DNA from: the human T2T-CHM13v2.0 reference genome, Homo sapiens
Reading direction: 5' to 3' (one strand)
DNA: 64,000 bases
NCBI RefSeq assembly: GCF_009914755.1
Contig: NC_060939.1
A model generated the notes under the pieces. That model did no database searches, was not told the DNA's origin, and worked only from the letters and a program-made list of their open reading frames with translations. The first letter of the stretch is position 1; each line of letters starts with the position of its first letter. This document shows, piece by piece, positions 14,905-30,329 of this stretch. Made by a program: the position numbers and the translations under genes.

Positions 14905-15437
14905 CTTATTTTGCCAAGGATAAGGACATGTGCCCAAGGTGGTCAGGGCATGGCTTGTTTTGATACATTTTAGAGACATAATACATCAATCAATACGTAC
15001 AAGATACACTGGTTTGATCTGGAAGGGCAGGAAAACTCAAATTGGAGGCTTCCAGGACATAGGTAGATTTAACTTTTTTCTGACTGGCAATCGGTTGAGA
15101 GTTATCATCAATAGAAAGGAATGTCTGGGTTCCAATAAGGGGTTGTAGAGACCAAGATTTTATCATGCAGAGGAAGAATACAAGTAGCAGGCTTCAGAGA
15201 GAATAGACTGTAAATATTTCTGATCAGACCTAAGGTCTGTGTTGATGTTAATGAATGTGGGCTTTTCCTAAATTCCAAAAGGGAGGAGGGTATAATGGGT
15301 CATGTCCAACTCCCTCTTCCCATCATGGCCTGAACTAGTTTTCATGTTAACTTTGGAATGCCCTTGGTCAAGAGGACAGGTCCATTCAGATGGCAGGTGG
15401 GTGGGGTGGGGGGCTTAGAATTTATTTTTGGTTTACA
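14905..15437 (-). mobile_element. 3'-truncated ERV1 LTR, MER4 group
   Basis: Minus strand begins TGTAAACCAAAAATAAATTCTAAGCCCC and shares CCTTGGCAAAATAA with the 16475 copy, then similarity stops. Confidence 0.8.
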
Positions 15438-15929
15438 CAACCCATGCATTTTTGCTGGTTCTTTGTCCTTGAGACTATGACATATTGAGATTTTAACTCT
15501 ATTTCTTTTCTCTTTTCATTCATCCTTTTCCATCTCATGTGTTTATAAATACAGTTCAACATATGTTATTGAATACAGCTTAATTTTCCCATTTCGAACT
15601 TTAAGTGGCTCCTTCTAACTTAAAAAAAATTATATATCAAATTATTTCTTCTTTTAAGTGGTCCTCTATTAAGGATTTCTTCAGAGCTCCTACTTCACCA
15701 TCTTCCCCTCAAAGGACTTAGTCTGCCACACTGCCCACACCATCTCGGCCTGGCATCACTTTGAGAAACAGAGCTGAATTCTATATGATTAAAACCCCTG
15801 AGGTCCTAAGCCCCTATTTCCTTTTACAGCTGACCTTTGAGCTTGTGGTTTGTCTGTACTTTTCTTATTGTGCTCAGAGGAAGTGAAGACTAATCCAAGC
15901 ATAAAGGAGCTCCCTGTTGAGGAGATTAA

Positions 15930-16306
<377 letters not shown>

Positions 16307-16474
16307 TAGAGGACCCACTTTAGGGACACCCTGATGCCTTTTCTCTAGTATTGGCATTTATGGTCCATCTTAACCAGACTCTTGGTCTGATGCTGTGACT
16401 TAATAGCAGAAAATACAAGAAGTAGAAATATTTTAAAACACATAAACCCTGCCAATCTACACCCTAACCTCCTT

Positions 16475-17106
16475 TGTGAAAGGAAAATAAATCTCGAGAC
16501 CCCCAAATCACTAAGCCAAAGAGAAAAGTCAAGCTGGGAGCTGCCTCCCATTCTATTCCTAAATAAGACGGCTACAAAGATAAAAAAGCTACACACCTCA
16601 CATTTTGCCCACTAGGAAATTCACTGTGGGCCGCAAGGTCTTTACCCTAAAACAGTTCTGTTGAATTTCACCGTGACAATGTAAATGGATAACTTATCTT
16701 CATGGGTTCAGGACAAAGGATAGAACTCAAAGTCATCCCTCTGCTCACCTGAGACAAATGCATTTCTAATTGCTTCCTCTGCCCATGTCTGTTTTATTTT
16801 GTAAGAATGCAGATTCGCTGAGCTAGATGAATGCACAAGTGACTATTCCTCTACCCCTCTCTCACATGTGAACGGCTGATCAAAAACTCAGAAGAATGCG
16901 ACCTCTTGCCTCTTACCTCCCCACACCTTTTAAACATTTCTCCCTCTTTCCCCAGTGTCTGCCCTTTCCCCTTTAAATATTGAAGCCCTCAAAATCATCT
17001 TTGTAGAAAGGCACAGACTTGTCTCCCTGTCTCCCGGGCATGTGTCCTTAACCTTGGCAAAATAAACTTCTAAATGGATTGAGTCTCAGACACTTTTTGG
17101 TTTACA
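16475..17106 (+). mobile_element. Solo ERV1 LTR, MER4 group
   Basis: TGTGAAAGGAAAATAAATCTC...TTTGGTTTACA; perfect 4-bp TSD cctt (16471-16474 / 17107-17110); AATAAA at 17061-17066. Confidence 0.85.
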
Positions 17107-17904
17107 CCTTCTTTATTCCCCATGGGGGAAGCAGAAGTCTCAACACTGCAATTAGCCTGGAGGAAATTTCAGTTCTTGAGCTTCAGGGAAGGGCCGCTCT
17201 GAAATATGTGAACCTCCAGTGGTACCATCCTATTGAACCAGATCCTATCCCTTCCATGCTTGCAAGTAGACCTATGATTAGTCTGAAACATTAAGCAGTT
17301 CAGCAGTTATGACTGGAGGGGAATGGTCTCTATTTACCACGGACTCTCCTGGCTGATCAGTCAGCAGCATTTATCTGCTTGTATTTCCCTGTAAATATTC
17401 AGAGCCACACCCCCAGTTCAGGGCTATTGGAGTGCCAAAATGGAGCATCTCAACCCCCTCCTTGCCCCACCCCATCCTGCAATTGCATAGGACAAATGCT
17501 CTGCCCGTCTTCTAATTTTCTTTTGGCATTTCGGAGTAGCTTCTCAAGGCAACATGACACGATGCTGTGCTGGCTGACATCTTGTCCCTAGTGAGTCTGC
17601 TTGCCGTGATGCCCTGCACATTAGACTGCCAGGTACCCCTAGACTTGTGGCCAGGTAGAAGGGTGGCCCTAGACCCATGTCCCCATGTTCTAAACACAAC
17701 CCATGCCCAGAGAGGGAAAGATAGCATCAAAATGATGCAAACAGCATGACATATGAAGAAAGGCTGAGAAGTTTGGGGGAGCAGTGAGCCCAGTGTGAGT
17801 CAGCAGGAGATTTTTATCTGCACAGATAGGAAGGCAATGTCTAAAAGAAGGGCATGTATGTCCCACTGGGCCACCCTGGGAATACTGCCTCCCCAGCAGC
17901 ATCA

Positions 17905-18348
<444 letters not shown>

Positions 18349-19174
18349 TCAGGTAGGCAATGCTCCCTCCACCCCTGCTGCCACCCCCTGGAGCCCAGAG
18401 AGAGGCAGGTGGATGGAGTGAGGTGCGGAGCAGAGATGCAGCCTAAAGGTCAGACACCTGGGCTCTTTCCCTGAGAATGTTCCCTTTTCCCCAAAGCAAC
18501 TCCAGTGGCACCAGCACCTTCTTGGTTCACCTTGGAAAGTGATGCCAGAAACGCTAACACTAGACCAACGGATGGGTGTTTATTTACATATTGATGGATC
18601 AGACACCTTTAGTGAAGTACCTTCCAAGCTTTAGAATTATATAGCAACAGCAACGATAACTGCTATTTATGAAGCATTTACTTCACTCTGTATGCCAGAC
18701 CCCAACGTACATAATCTCCAGTCTTCACGGTATCCATCAATATGTCCATTTCCAGATGGAAGCTCAAGGAGACTAAAATTCTCACCTAGATTCTCATGGC
18801 TCGTAAGCAGTCAAGCCAGAGTTCAAATCCAGGTTGGTCTGACTCCAAAGCCTGGGCACCCCCCGCCAAACTGTGTGGTTCCTTGAATCGTTTATGGTCC
18901 AGAATTCACTCCAGCTGCACAGCCAATGAACTACAGTGCTCAGGCCGGTCTCCTGCCCCATCCTGAGAGATGTGCTTCTTCTGGGAAGTGCGGCCCTGGC
19001 AGGATCCTCAGAGCCCAGAGCCTCCAGCATCCCCTGGAGAGAGTGCTCCTGGAATCTCTCAAAGACACCCCCGCCCCGCCCCACCCCTCCTCCTGGATGC
19101 TTCCACGGAACACCTCCCTGCCAGATGGAAAAGGACAGGCCTGGCAGCTGAGGGAGACTCAGACATACCCCTCA

Positions 19175-19414
<240 letters not shown>

Positions 19415-19875
19415 TCACAAAGGGATTTTCCTTATCTTCTAATTCTCTGTTCAATACAATTACTCCTTTTCTCCTCTTTTCTGAGTCCCCGGAGGTAAAT
19501 CTTCAAGGCTCAGAGTCTTGGCCTCCAGAATCAGGTCCAGCAACCACTCAGGACCACCTGCTCTTAAGTGATGTGGGGAAAGAAGGACTAGGGCTGCACA
19601 GGCCAGAGCCAGAAGGCCACCGAACTCTGCTTTATTTTGTACATTGTTCCTGTTTGACACACACGTCAAGACCTGTTGACTTTCAGCAATTCAGCATCTG
19701 CTTAGCCAGTACCTATTATGAGCCAGGAATTACTCTGGGTCTTGGGGCTGCCAGGTTGAATACAATAGAGCCCCTGCTCATCCAAGCTGGCATTCTAGCG
19801 GGGAAGAATTTAGCAAATCTGCGGGGCCACCCCAGGTGGGAAAAATTAGTGTCTTACTGACCACAGTGCCAAGTA

Positions 19876-19953
19876 TTATCTTGGCGCAAAAATAATTGCG
19901 GTTTTTGCCATTCCTTTCAGGCAAAAACCACAACTGCTTTTGCACCAACCTAA
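19876..19953. mobile_element. MADE1 (Hsmar1-derived mariner MITE), palindromic
   Basis: 34-bp imperfect inverted arms (19876-19909 / 19920-19953) around a 10-nt loop, matching TTAGGTTGGTGCAAAAGTAATTGCGGTTTTTGCC. Confidence 0.88.
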
Positions 19954-22900
19954 ATAGGTCTTTGTGGCTGCTGGCTTTGCAAGTATGACCTTCCTGAAGA
20001 GAAACCCCTGAGGACATTGACTCTTGATACCCACATTTAGAGTAACTATAGAACCCAATCTGATAGGGATGATTGACAAATGTTAAATAATTATAGGCCT
20101 GGAATCACAGAGGGAAGTGCAGAGTTTAAGCTGGAAAAAAATATGACCACACTATAAACTAATTATTACAATATAATTGACACACTATCAGTGAAGAGGA
20201 ACAGACTTTAAAAAAAGAAATTCCTCCAGGGCTCAAGCTTCTTGCTAACTACCAGATAGCAGTTCCTCCCCTGGAAATGAAAATAAACATGCTATGTGCA
20301 GATGAACTTTCCTACTCCCACAGGGAAAAAGTCTTTAAAGAATGTAAATCTATGTTTAAAAGATTATCTCCACGGTAATTAAACAGACTTTCAGGCCAAG
20401 GTTTCTCCAGAAAAGCAAAGAATTGGCATGTCATGGCTCGTTAGGGTAGACCCAGGGTGTCCTGTGGGCTCTATCAGAGCTGGGGATCAAGCTTTGCCAT
20501 CTGGGGGTCCGTTCATCAGTATTTCAACACAAGGAAGGTGGGTAAATAGAGAAAAGGGGAAAGGAACACCACCTCTTCTGGGAATTCTTCTGTAGACCCC
20601 TGCACTGTTTCACAAGGGTGTAAATGTTATATTGGCCCCACAGAATCCCAACCCCCTACATCGTGCTCTCTAACTAGGGGACCGTATCTGAGAGTGGGAA
20701 GAATCCGAAGTGATACTTGGTACCCAGGTTCATTTCAAATGCTATGAGGCGTTGGTCCCAGGCTTAGTTAGTTCTTACTTCTAGGTCCGGACACACACAT
20801 CGGAACCCTACTGATTTTTCAGGCTGTCAACCTTAGGCTATGCATTTTCAGAAATGTTACAGCATGACGGAATTGCAGAATCTCCAGTCCAACCTTTCAC
20901 TGGACACCAGTCTTCTCACTTGGGCATGGCAGAGTCTCCGCTGAGCTCTACTATTCTTATTTTCAAGGCCTCAAAATAACTCAACTACACCAAGATGGTG
21001 ACTAGGGAAGAGAGAGGCTGGAGGATATCAAAGCAGGCACTCCAGGGCCAAACTGGAGTAAGACAATTATTCAGCTGGGGGCCAAACCGAATGCTTTAGG
21101 GGCAGCGGGGAGCAGAATGAAGCAACCGTGAGGCCTCATGTAGAACCCCAGGGTCAGGAAGAGACACAGCACAGGGTAAGACTCCCTAAGTGAGGCTGCC
21201 AGCCTTTTCTGTGCTCACAATACTGCCTGGGCCCACAGCCAGCAGGGCGGAAGCTGCCAGCCAGGCATGAATGCAAAAAACTCAGGAAGTAAAGAGATGC
21301 ATCATTGAGAAGCTTTCTCTTTGCACACATGACTAAAGGGAACTGGATTAGAAGGGTTTTCTTTTCCCACAGTGGAGGTTCAAAAAGGTTTCATCAAGAG
21401 GGCATTTTACTGATAGCTAAACGAGAGCCTCGTGAAGATAGGGACCCCTCATCTTCGTCTCTGTGAACCCATATTATAAGTAGGGTCACGTGCCCCCATG
21501 GGCATTTAGGAAACATTTTCCCAAAGAGTGAAAAAGAACAGAGGGCTTGGGAAAATGTGACTTGGGGAATGTTTCCTTTTTCTCTTGCTCTAAATACGCT
21601 TTATTGGAAGTTAGGACCAAATAAGGTATTTGGGGGGCAGGAAAGACTAAGGATATTAAAGGCAGTAGAGTTGGTGTTGGCAAAACCTGTCTTGGAAAGA
21701 GAAGCAGCTATGTTGGACCAGGGGAGTCCAGAGAATGAGATTCCAGCATCAGCTGTCCCAACACTTCAGTGGGTTATGTTCCCTGCTGGAGCCTCCATTG
21801 CCCTTCGTGCAAATGGTGGGGGTGGTGGGCGTAGTGGTGGGGATGGGATGTGTGTGGAAGCTATGTTCTGGAAGGTTCCTTCTGGCTCTTAAGCTCTGAT
21901 ATTTATTAAGAATACTAGGACTAAGCACCTTCTCCATCTGTCAGGCAAATTTGAATGAGTCAGAGAGGTTGCTCATGTCAAGGCAGCTACTGGGCATGTG
22001 ACAAGGTGCCCAGGGGAACCAGCTTCGGGAATGAGGGCACAGGGCACCGGTGCTCCAGGACTGGCTGGGATCAGACAGCCATCTGCATCAGGAACCTGCC
22101 CTGGTCCTGGCTGCCATCCACAGCGGAGTTCGTCCTTGGGCACCAGTCACAGGTCTGTAGGTCAGCAAGGTCAAGAAAGCCTTGTCTTCGCCTCCTCCTC
22201 CTCCTCCTCATTGTTATTATATTGTAGTAGCTTTGATCCTTATAACTCTATAACCTTACGGGGTAAGCAAGGCAGAATTGCACCATTTTATGGGTGAAAA
22301 ATAGAGATTTAAGAGATTTGCCGGAAGTTTGACTTTGGCTAAGTAACAGTTACTTTGCTTGGGTCACAGGACTTATGTGTCCTTCAGTATTTATCCAGGA
22401 GATTTTGTGCACCTGGAATTTCCTGGCTTCCCCACGCTGTCCTTGAAGACAAGGACCACGGCTCATCCATCGCTGCACTTCCCACAGTGCCTGGCACAGA
22501 GTGGGCCCTCACATGTTTACTAAGCTGAACTCTCAACACCTGTTTCATGCTTGTTCCTTTCCCAGGGAACGTGCACCCACCTTAATTCCCTCATGTATTT
22601 CTTCTCCTCAAAAAAGAGGAGGAAAAATGAGATCACTTGCTCAGGTTCAAAATGTACCCTCCTAGCTTTCTAGCTTACCTGTGTGCAAATGGTTTCTGTT
22701 TGGGGGCACTAATTGAAAAAGAAATCTGATTTCTGCCCTGTAGCCTGGGAGACGGCCTGCCAAGGAAGTTCATAGGGCCCTCCCCCAGCATGTAATGGCT
22801 AGTGGGTGTCCCCGCCTTGCATAGCTGGGGACACTGTCAGAGCAGCCTCCTGTCTTTGTGGCATGTGAGAGATAGAGGTGCCATGAGGGTGGGCACCGGG

Positions 22901-24703
22901 ACAACCAATATCAGAGGTGACAACAGCAGGCCTTTCTGTTCCCTGAGCTGTGACATGTGACTGCACAGTGCTGGCCTTATGCTGGCCGCTACACCCTGGG
23001 CTACCATTTTCCAACTCAGTGTCAGCTTTCACACTCATGCCAAGTGCTCCACTGCCAGAAATCCTCCACTGGGAGTGACTCTCCTAAAAGAAGCATTTAT
23101 TTCCAGCTAAAACTTTGCCTTTGCTCTTCTGAGTTTTGACTTCGCCTCTCCAGTTGGTTGGACTCCTCCCATGATCGTGATACAGGAGGATCACGTGTCT
23201 TTCACAGTTTGTTTTTCTAAATAAAGCCAAGGCATTATTTCTTTCCTGTCTATGTGTTTTTCCTGCTCTAGGCAAAACAGAAGTGGTCAGAATTCCTGTT
23301 TCGAAAGGTAACAAGAGATTAACATGGCACAGCTCAAAATGCCTCTCGTGATTTCTGATTGGGAATTTTGAGGCCCAGGGTGTAGGACCTGCATTATCCA
23401 AGGACCAGAATGTTTTTACAGAAAATTTCAAATGTATACAATGTAGAGAGAGGAGTGGAATGAACCCCATGTCACCCAGCTTGGACAGTTTACAATTCAG
23501 AAACAGTCCTGCCTCATCTATGCTAAGCCCATTCTCCCCTTATCTACCTGGATAACTGGAAACAAATCCAGATATATTTCATCTGTATATATTTCATATG
23601 TTTCTCTAAAACATAAGGGCTCTTAAAACCACAGTACCATGACCACACCTAGAGAGTTAAGAATTAATACCTTAAGATTACCGAATCCAATTAGAATTCA
23701 AATTTTTCCAAATAGGTCATAAATTTTTAACAGTTTGTAAATTTCAGGGTTCACATACAGTCCATATATTTTTTGCAATATTGCAATTAGAGGATGTGTT
23801 ATGGCCTAGATTACAGCTTGATGGTGGAATGCCTCATCAGAGAACACCTGGGCCCCGCTCCTCCAAGGCTCAACATCTCAGAGCCAGCTTGGTCTATCCT
23901 TTGCCCTTAGTGGGTCATGGACTCCCATGCTTCCATGGGTTAGGCCCTCGCCATGTCACACTGCAAAGGCTTCCCACAGGCAACCAGCCCCAGCCTTCCT
24001 TGTTACACTGCCAGGCTGGCTCTCCTGCAGTAACCAGATCAATCTTGTCATAGCCTGGCTTGGGTGGCACCACCCCACCACCCATCCGTACACTCCCTTT
24101 CTCCCTAGCATGCCCTGCCCCACCCCAACAAGACAAAGCACAGCCTAGCTGTTTTTCATGGCCTTGAAGTGCCCCAACCTGTCAAAGTCTTCAAAGGCCC
24201 CCACATCCCGCCCCAGCCTGCCCCATGCTTCAGCCAGCTCCCTGAGCCTAAGAACAGGCTATGCCAACCCACCTTCACAAATGCCGTTATGAAAAAATCT
24301 GCTCAAATGCCCTCTTCTTTCCTCTGCACCTTTCCAAATTTCGTCCACTCTTCAAAGTCCAGCTCAGGTCCTGCCAAAGCTACCCCAGTGCTTTCTAGTC
24401 CCTGACTTGAACTTCTCGGCCAGCCTACTCGGGTTGTGCACACTAGCAAGCAGTGATGATTGTTAGCCTGCCTCACCTGTGACTGTTAGAGCCAGACTAG
24501 TACAGAAACTTATTACAGACTAGAGCTCAGAATATGAGTTTCAAAGACCTTTGGAAGACCAGAACTTTATGTCATATCCCTACTTATGTCTGAACACATC
24601 CTTGAATGGATGTGGAGGGTTTTTTTAAGCTCATTTCAGAAATTTAGCCATAAAGGGATGAGAGAAGGGTGTATGCGTGGTGGTTATGGTAAGGTGAGGG
24701 TAA

Positions 24704-25051
<348 letters not shown>

Positions 25052-25659
25052 TGAGCAAACTGCTATGCAGACGGCAAAAGAGACCAGAGAAGGAAGGTTG
25101 GAGACAGAAGAAAGAGGGGCTCACTGATGAAAGGTAGCCATGAGAAGACAGTGGGGGGATCCAGGCACCAGAGTCAACATTAATTCTGCCCCATGACACT
25201 TCTTGGAGGTCATACTCTGAGGTGGACCCCCCTGTGTCTGTGTCAGTGCTCACTGCAGGCAGCTTCCTGGAGAACCTGCCTGGGCCCAAGCTCCAGGGTA
25301 CATCTCTTTGGGCCGGCTACCAACACGCAGTCAGATCAAAACTTGCCCCAAAGGATACCACTGTAGTGGCAAAGTTTACACATTCTAGATGATGACACGC
25401 CCTTTTTCAACAAATAGGCACAATTTCAGGACAATGATAGCTTTTGGTTAGTCCCTCAAAGTTTGTTTTGTAAGGAGGTCTGACCATAATGAAAGGCATG
25501 TGTATCTATATGAAAATGATCAAAAATTATGTACCAAATTTGAATACACATTTAATAAGATGGATTGTATTTGCAATAAAAAACGAGTACTCAAATGTTG
25601 AATGAAGGAGAAAAATCTCTAAATGCTCTCCTTCTTGGAGTGCAATTTAATTTTGGAGT

Positions 25660-26070
25660 TAATGCATTCATTTCTTCAACAAATGTGTCTAGTATGTGTC
25701 AGGCACTGTACTAGGTGCTGAAGATGCAATGGAGAACAAAACAGCTCTAGTCTCTGACCTTGCGGCACTCACAGACCAGTGTAAGAGACTGATAATAAAT
25801 AACAAGTAAACCAATGCACAAGGAAATAATTGCAATCTGCAATGAGCGCTGCAAAGGAATTAAACGAGGGCTGCAACAGAAAAATGGAGGGATCCCTGTC
25901 AAGCAGATGATGCAGGCAGGCTTCCCAGAGGAGGCGCCGTTAAAGCTGAGATTTAAAGGACAAGTAGAACCAACCATGAGTGAAACGTGAGGAATGGCGT
26001 TCACTAGAGAGGGCCCAGCAAGCTCAGAGGCCCTGCTGCAGTGGAGAGGCTGGTATATTCTAGGGATGTG
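25660..26070 (-). mobile_element. L2 fragment
   Basis: CATTCATTTCTTCAACAAATGT...TGTGTCAGGCACTGTACTAGGTGCTG, an L2 3'-end signature. Confidence 0.6.
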
Positions 26071-26244
26071 TGATGCATTGACTCAGAAAGAGTCTGGGAT
26101 CCATCCGGCCTCCCTTTGCCAGGTCTGGGTCCTGCCCTGTGCCAAGGCTGAGCTAGGATCATTTGACACCTGCTTGTGTACATTCCTCCATCTGTTAGAA
26201 AGGTCTTCCTGTTGGGAGGCTAGTACCTGCCTCTCTCTGGGGGT

Positions 26245-27385
26245 CATCCAACAGTCCCGCTCTTGTGGCTAGAGCCACAGAGAACACAGCTAAGCCACAG
26301 GACTCAGAGGGGACCGCAGACTTCATGTCCCCTCTAAATCCATCTGGAAACCAGACATCCTCAGGATGGTGTCTGCATGTAAAAGCCATTTTTTTAAAGA
26401 GATGGGGTCTTGCTATATTGCCCAGGCTGGTCTCAGACTCCTGGGCTGAAATGATCCTCCTGCCTCAGCCTCCCAAAGTGCTGGGATTATAGATGTGAGC
26501 CACTGCACCCAGCCTAGAAGCTACATTTTAAAAACATGTTTAAAATATATTTATAGGTCCTGCAGTTCACTTCTGAAGCTGATTAAAATATCTATGTCTT
26601 CTCATAAAAACCCAGTGGGTTCAGCCAGTCAGTAGTGTGGTTCCCACAGCATCACCTTGGTAAGAGGTTGACCCACCGCACAGAAGGCCACAACCTGCTG
26701 AATTCTACCTGTTTTCCTGCTGGGTAGGCGGAGAGGCACAGTCATAAACCCCAATGTCCTGCCCAGAAGGAAAGGAGGTGACCAAGGACATGGGTTAATA
26801 ATTGATGGATGAGGTCTTATGATGTTATTATGTACAAACAGAGGGCGAGGAATCAAACTAGCGTTAGAGTTTTCCTTTGTCAGTATCACCACTGAATCAG
26901 AGGTGGTCCCGGGACAGTGAGGGAGGGCTAGAAGGGGAGGGTTACTTGTTATGAATAAAGCTCAAAGCTGGACTTGCCATAGCAGGCCAACTCTTTTTCT
27001 TGGATTTTACATTATAGATCAATAAAAATAAACACATTTTCTAAAGATGCTTTAATCCATACTTTGCATCAAACTTTTGTCTAATTTTTGTTTGGGTCAG
27101 CTGGAGACGGAGGGTTGAGACTTGGGCTTGGTAAATCCCCCCAAATCTCCTCTTGGGGAGGCAGGAGGATCAGTTGAGCCCAGGAGTTTGAGACAAGCCT
27201 GGGCAACATAGCAAGACCCCATCTCTAAACAACAAAAAAAGTGGCTTCTACATGCAGACACCATCCTGAGGATGTCTGATTTCCAGATGGATTTAGAGGG
27301 GACATGAAGGCTGCTGTTCCCTCTGAGTCTTGTGGCTTAGCTGTGTTCTCTGTGGCTCTAGTCACAGGGGCAGGACTGATGGATG
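26245..27385. repeat. Inverted duplication: arms 26245-26466 and 27158-27385, spacer ~690 bp
   Basis: The reverse complement of arm 2 aligns to arm 1. About 11 mismatches over the ~144-nt non-Alu part, counted by eye. ORF track peptides ATENTAKPQDSEGTA recur on opposite strands. Confidence 0.93.
26389..26514 (-). mobile_element. Alu left monomer (FLAM-like)
   Basis: Single left arm, partly copied in inverted orientation at 27158-27240. Confidence 0.85.
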
Positions 27386-28042
27386 TATTAACACAGAGAG
27401 AGATGGGAATCATTTCCCATCCAGCCATGGTGGTGGGGGCCAGGAGTGCAGGCTGGAGGCCAGAAGAGGTGAACCATAAGGCTGGGGCTGCCAGCTCAGC
27501 CCTCCACCCACCCTCAGGAAGTCCTTCTCCTCCACCCCGCCAATAATCCCCGTCTAATATTGCTGGGTGGGGGATGAGGCGGGGACAAAAAGGCTCCGCA
27601 GTCATTTACACACTGGTGTCAAGGCCTGCATCAGGTTCCTTCTGGAGATGAGGTTTATTACAGGGAGGCGGGTGGGGTTTCCAGGCTGCCAAAGGTAAAG
27701 GGTGACGATCTGTTTGCTTTTGCTTCTCCATTTCTAACCTCCTCTTAGGTTCTCATGACCTGTGACCTTAGAGTATGTTCATCGTGGAGAGGCTCTGCCC
27801 ACCTCTCTCTGGACTTTTCTGTGTCTGCTCCCACCCCTCCTTTTCGTTCCAGCAGCGCTGAGCTGCTTGCATCCTGCAGACACACCAAGCTGCTTCACAT
27901 CTCCCTGAAACACCCTCCCCTCGCTGGGGCAGGGCAAAGGGTTTCCCCCTCTTCTGTGCTCCTATACAGCCTTTGCATTTCTCTTCCTTGCAGCAGCCAC
28001 ACTGATCAAAGCAATATTGTCTGCCTTTCCACCCCAGTAGTC

Positions 28043-28228
28043 CAGTGGTTCTCAAAGCGTGGCTCCAGACAAGCATTATCATCACCGCCTAGGAACTCAT
28101 TCAAAATGCAGAGTCTCGGGCCCCACCCCAGGCCTACCGAACCGGACACTCTGGGGGTGGCGCCCAGCATCTGCCGTTGGACAAGGCTGCCAGGCGATGC
28201 TGCTGCGGGCTGAGGCTGAGAAGCGCTG
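28043..28228. mobile_element. MER5A
   Basis: CAGTGGTTCTCAAAGCGTGG...AAATGCAGAGTCTCGGGCCCCACCCCAGGCCTAC...GAGAAGCGCTG. Confidence 0.7.
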
Positions 28229-28702
28229 CACTAGACTGTCAGCTCGCTTTCTGCATGCGTGTACACCTGGCTCCTGCTGCAGAGCCTGGCACACTGAAGT
28301 GTTCAACAAACAGCTCTCGAACTAAGCAACAAACAACAGCAAACCACTAAGTTAAACAAACTGCTGACATGCTAACAACCTAACCCCTATCATGAAAACT
28401 AGCCAGGCCTGAGCCCCCCATCAGTGCTCACCACATGTTATCCTCCTTCATCTTCCTTGGCCCATTCATGTGAGGAATCGTGCTAGATGTGAAAGTGTTA
28501 AGTCCACAGCCCTGTAGCCACCGCCCTCGCAAGACATCCTGCTCTGTCTTTCTTAAACATAATATTCAAATAGGGGGCTCCAGGCTCAGGCAACGACTGG
28601 TAACCATCTCTGAACAGAAAGGACTACAGATACCGTCTTTTTCATGCACTGTTATATGCATAACATTTACATGATTAAATATGGTGTTTGAAGTAATTTT
28701 TA

Positions 28703-29675
<973 letters not shown>

Positions 29676-29858
29676 AGGCTGATCTCATTTTAATGTACCA
29701 TTTCTTTTCCAAGAATCTAACCCACCAGATGCTTGAGAGGAGCTGGGATAGGTCTTTTTATTTTCACGGCACCCTTTATGGAACCAAACGTATGGCAGAT
29801 GCTCAATGAATACTCACTGGTTGAGAAAAACTCTGTAGTTTACTTGGCCTAGACTTGA

Positions 29859-30230
29859 ATAGTGGTTGCCAGAACTTGAGTGCACAATCAGAATCTCCTA
29901 GAGGGCTTGTTCCCACACAGACTGCTGGGCCACACCCTCAGAGTTTCTGATTCAGTACTTCATGGACGGAGCCCTAGCATCTGCATTTCTAACACATTCC
30001 CAGGTGATGCTGCTGCTGCTGGGTCCAGGAACCACATTTGGAGAATCCCCAGCCCAGAGCCATATTTCTCAACCATGGCTACATAGTGGAATCTCCAAGA
30101 GCTCCTGATTTTGCTCCCAGCCCCAGTCCCTGAGATCAGGATTAATTGGTCTTGGTGTTGAGGTGGGAGGTGCTTTAAAAAACTGCTCACATGATTCTCA
30201 TGGGCAGCCAAAGTAGGGAAGAGCTGCTGT
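29859..30230. mobile_element. Two adjacent MER5-family elements
   Basis: AGAATCTCCTAGAGGGCTTGTT...CATCTGCATTTCTAACACATTCCCAGGTGATGCTG, followed by a second degenerate copy. Confidence 0.6.
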
Positions 30231-30329
30231 GAAACCCTCATCACACTGAAGGCCTTGTGGTTCTTGTGAGCAGAGTCAGGGCCTTTTTCTCTCTGGTCTC
30301 AGGGTGAAGTTGCTTTCTTTCTTTCTTTT

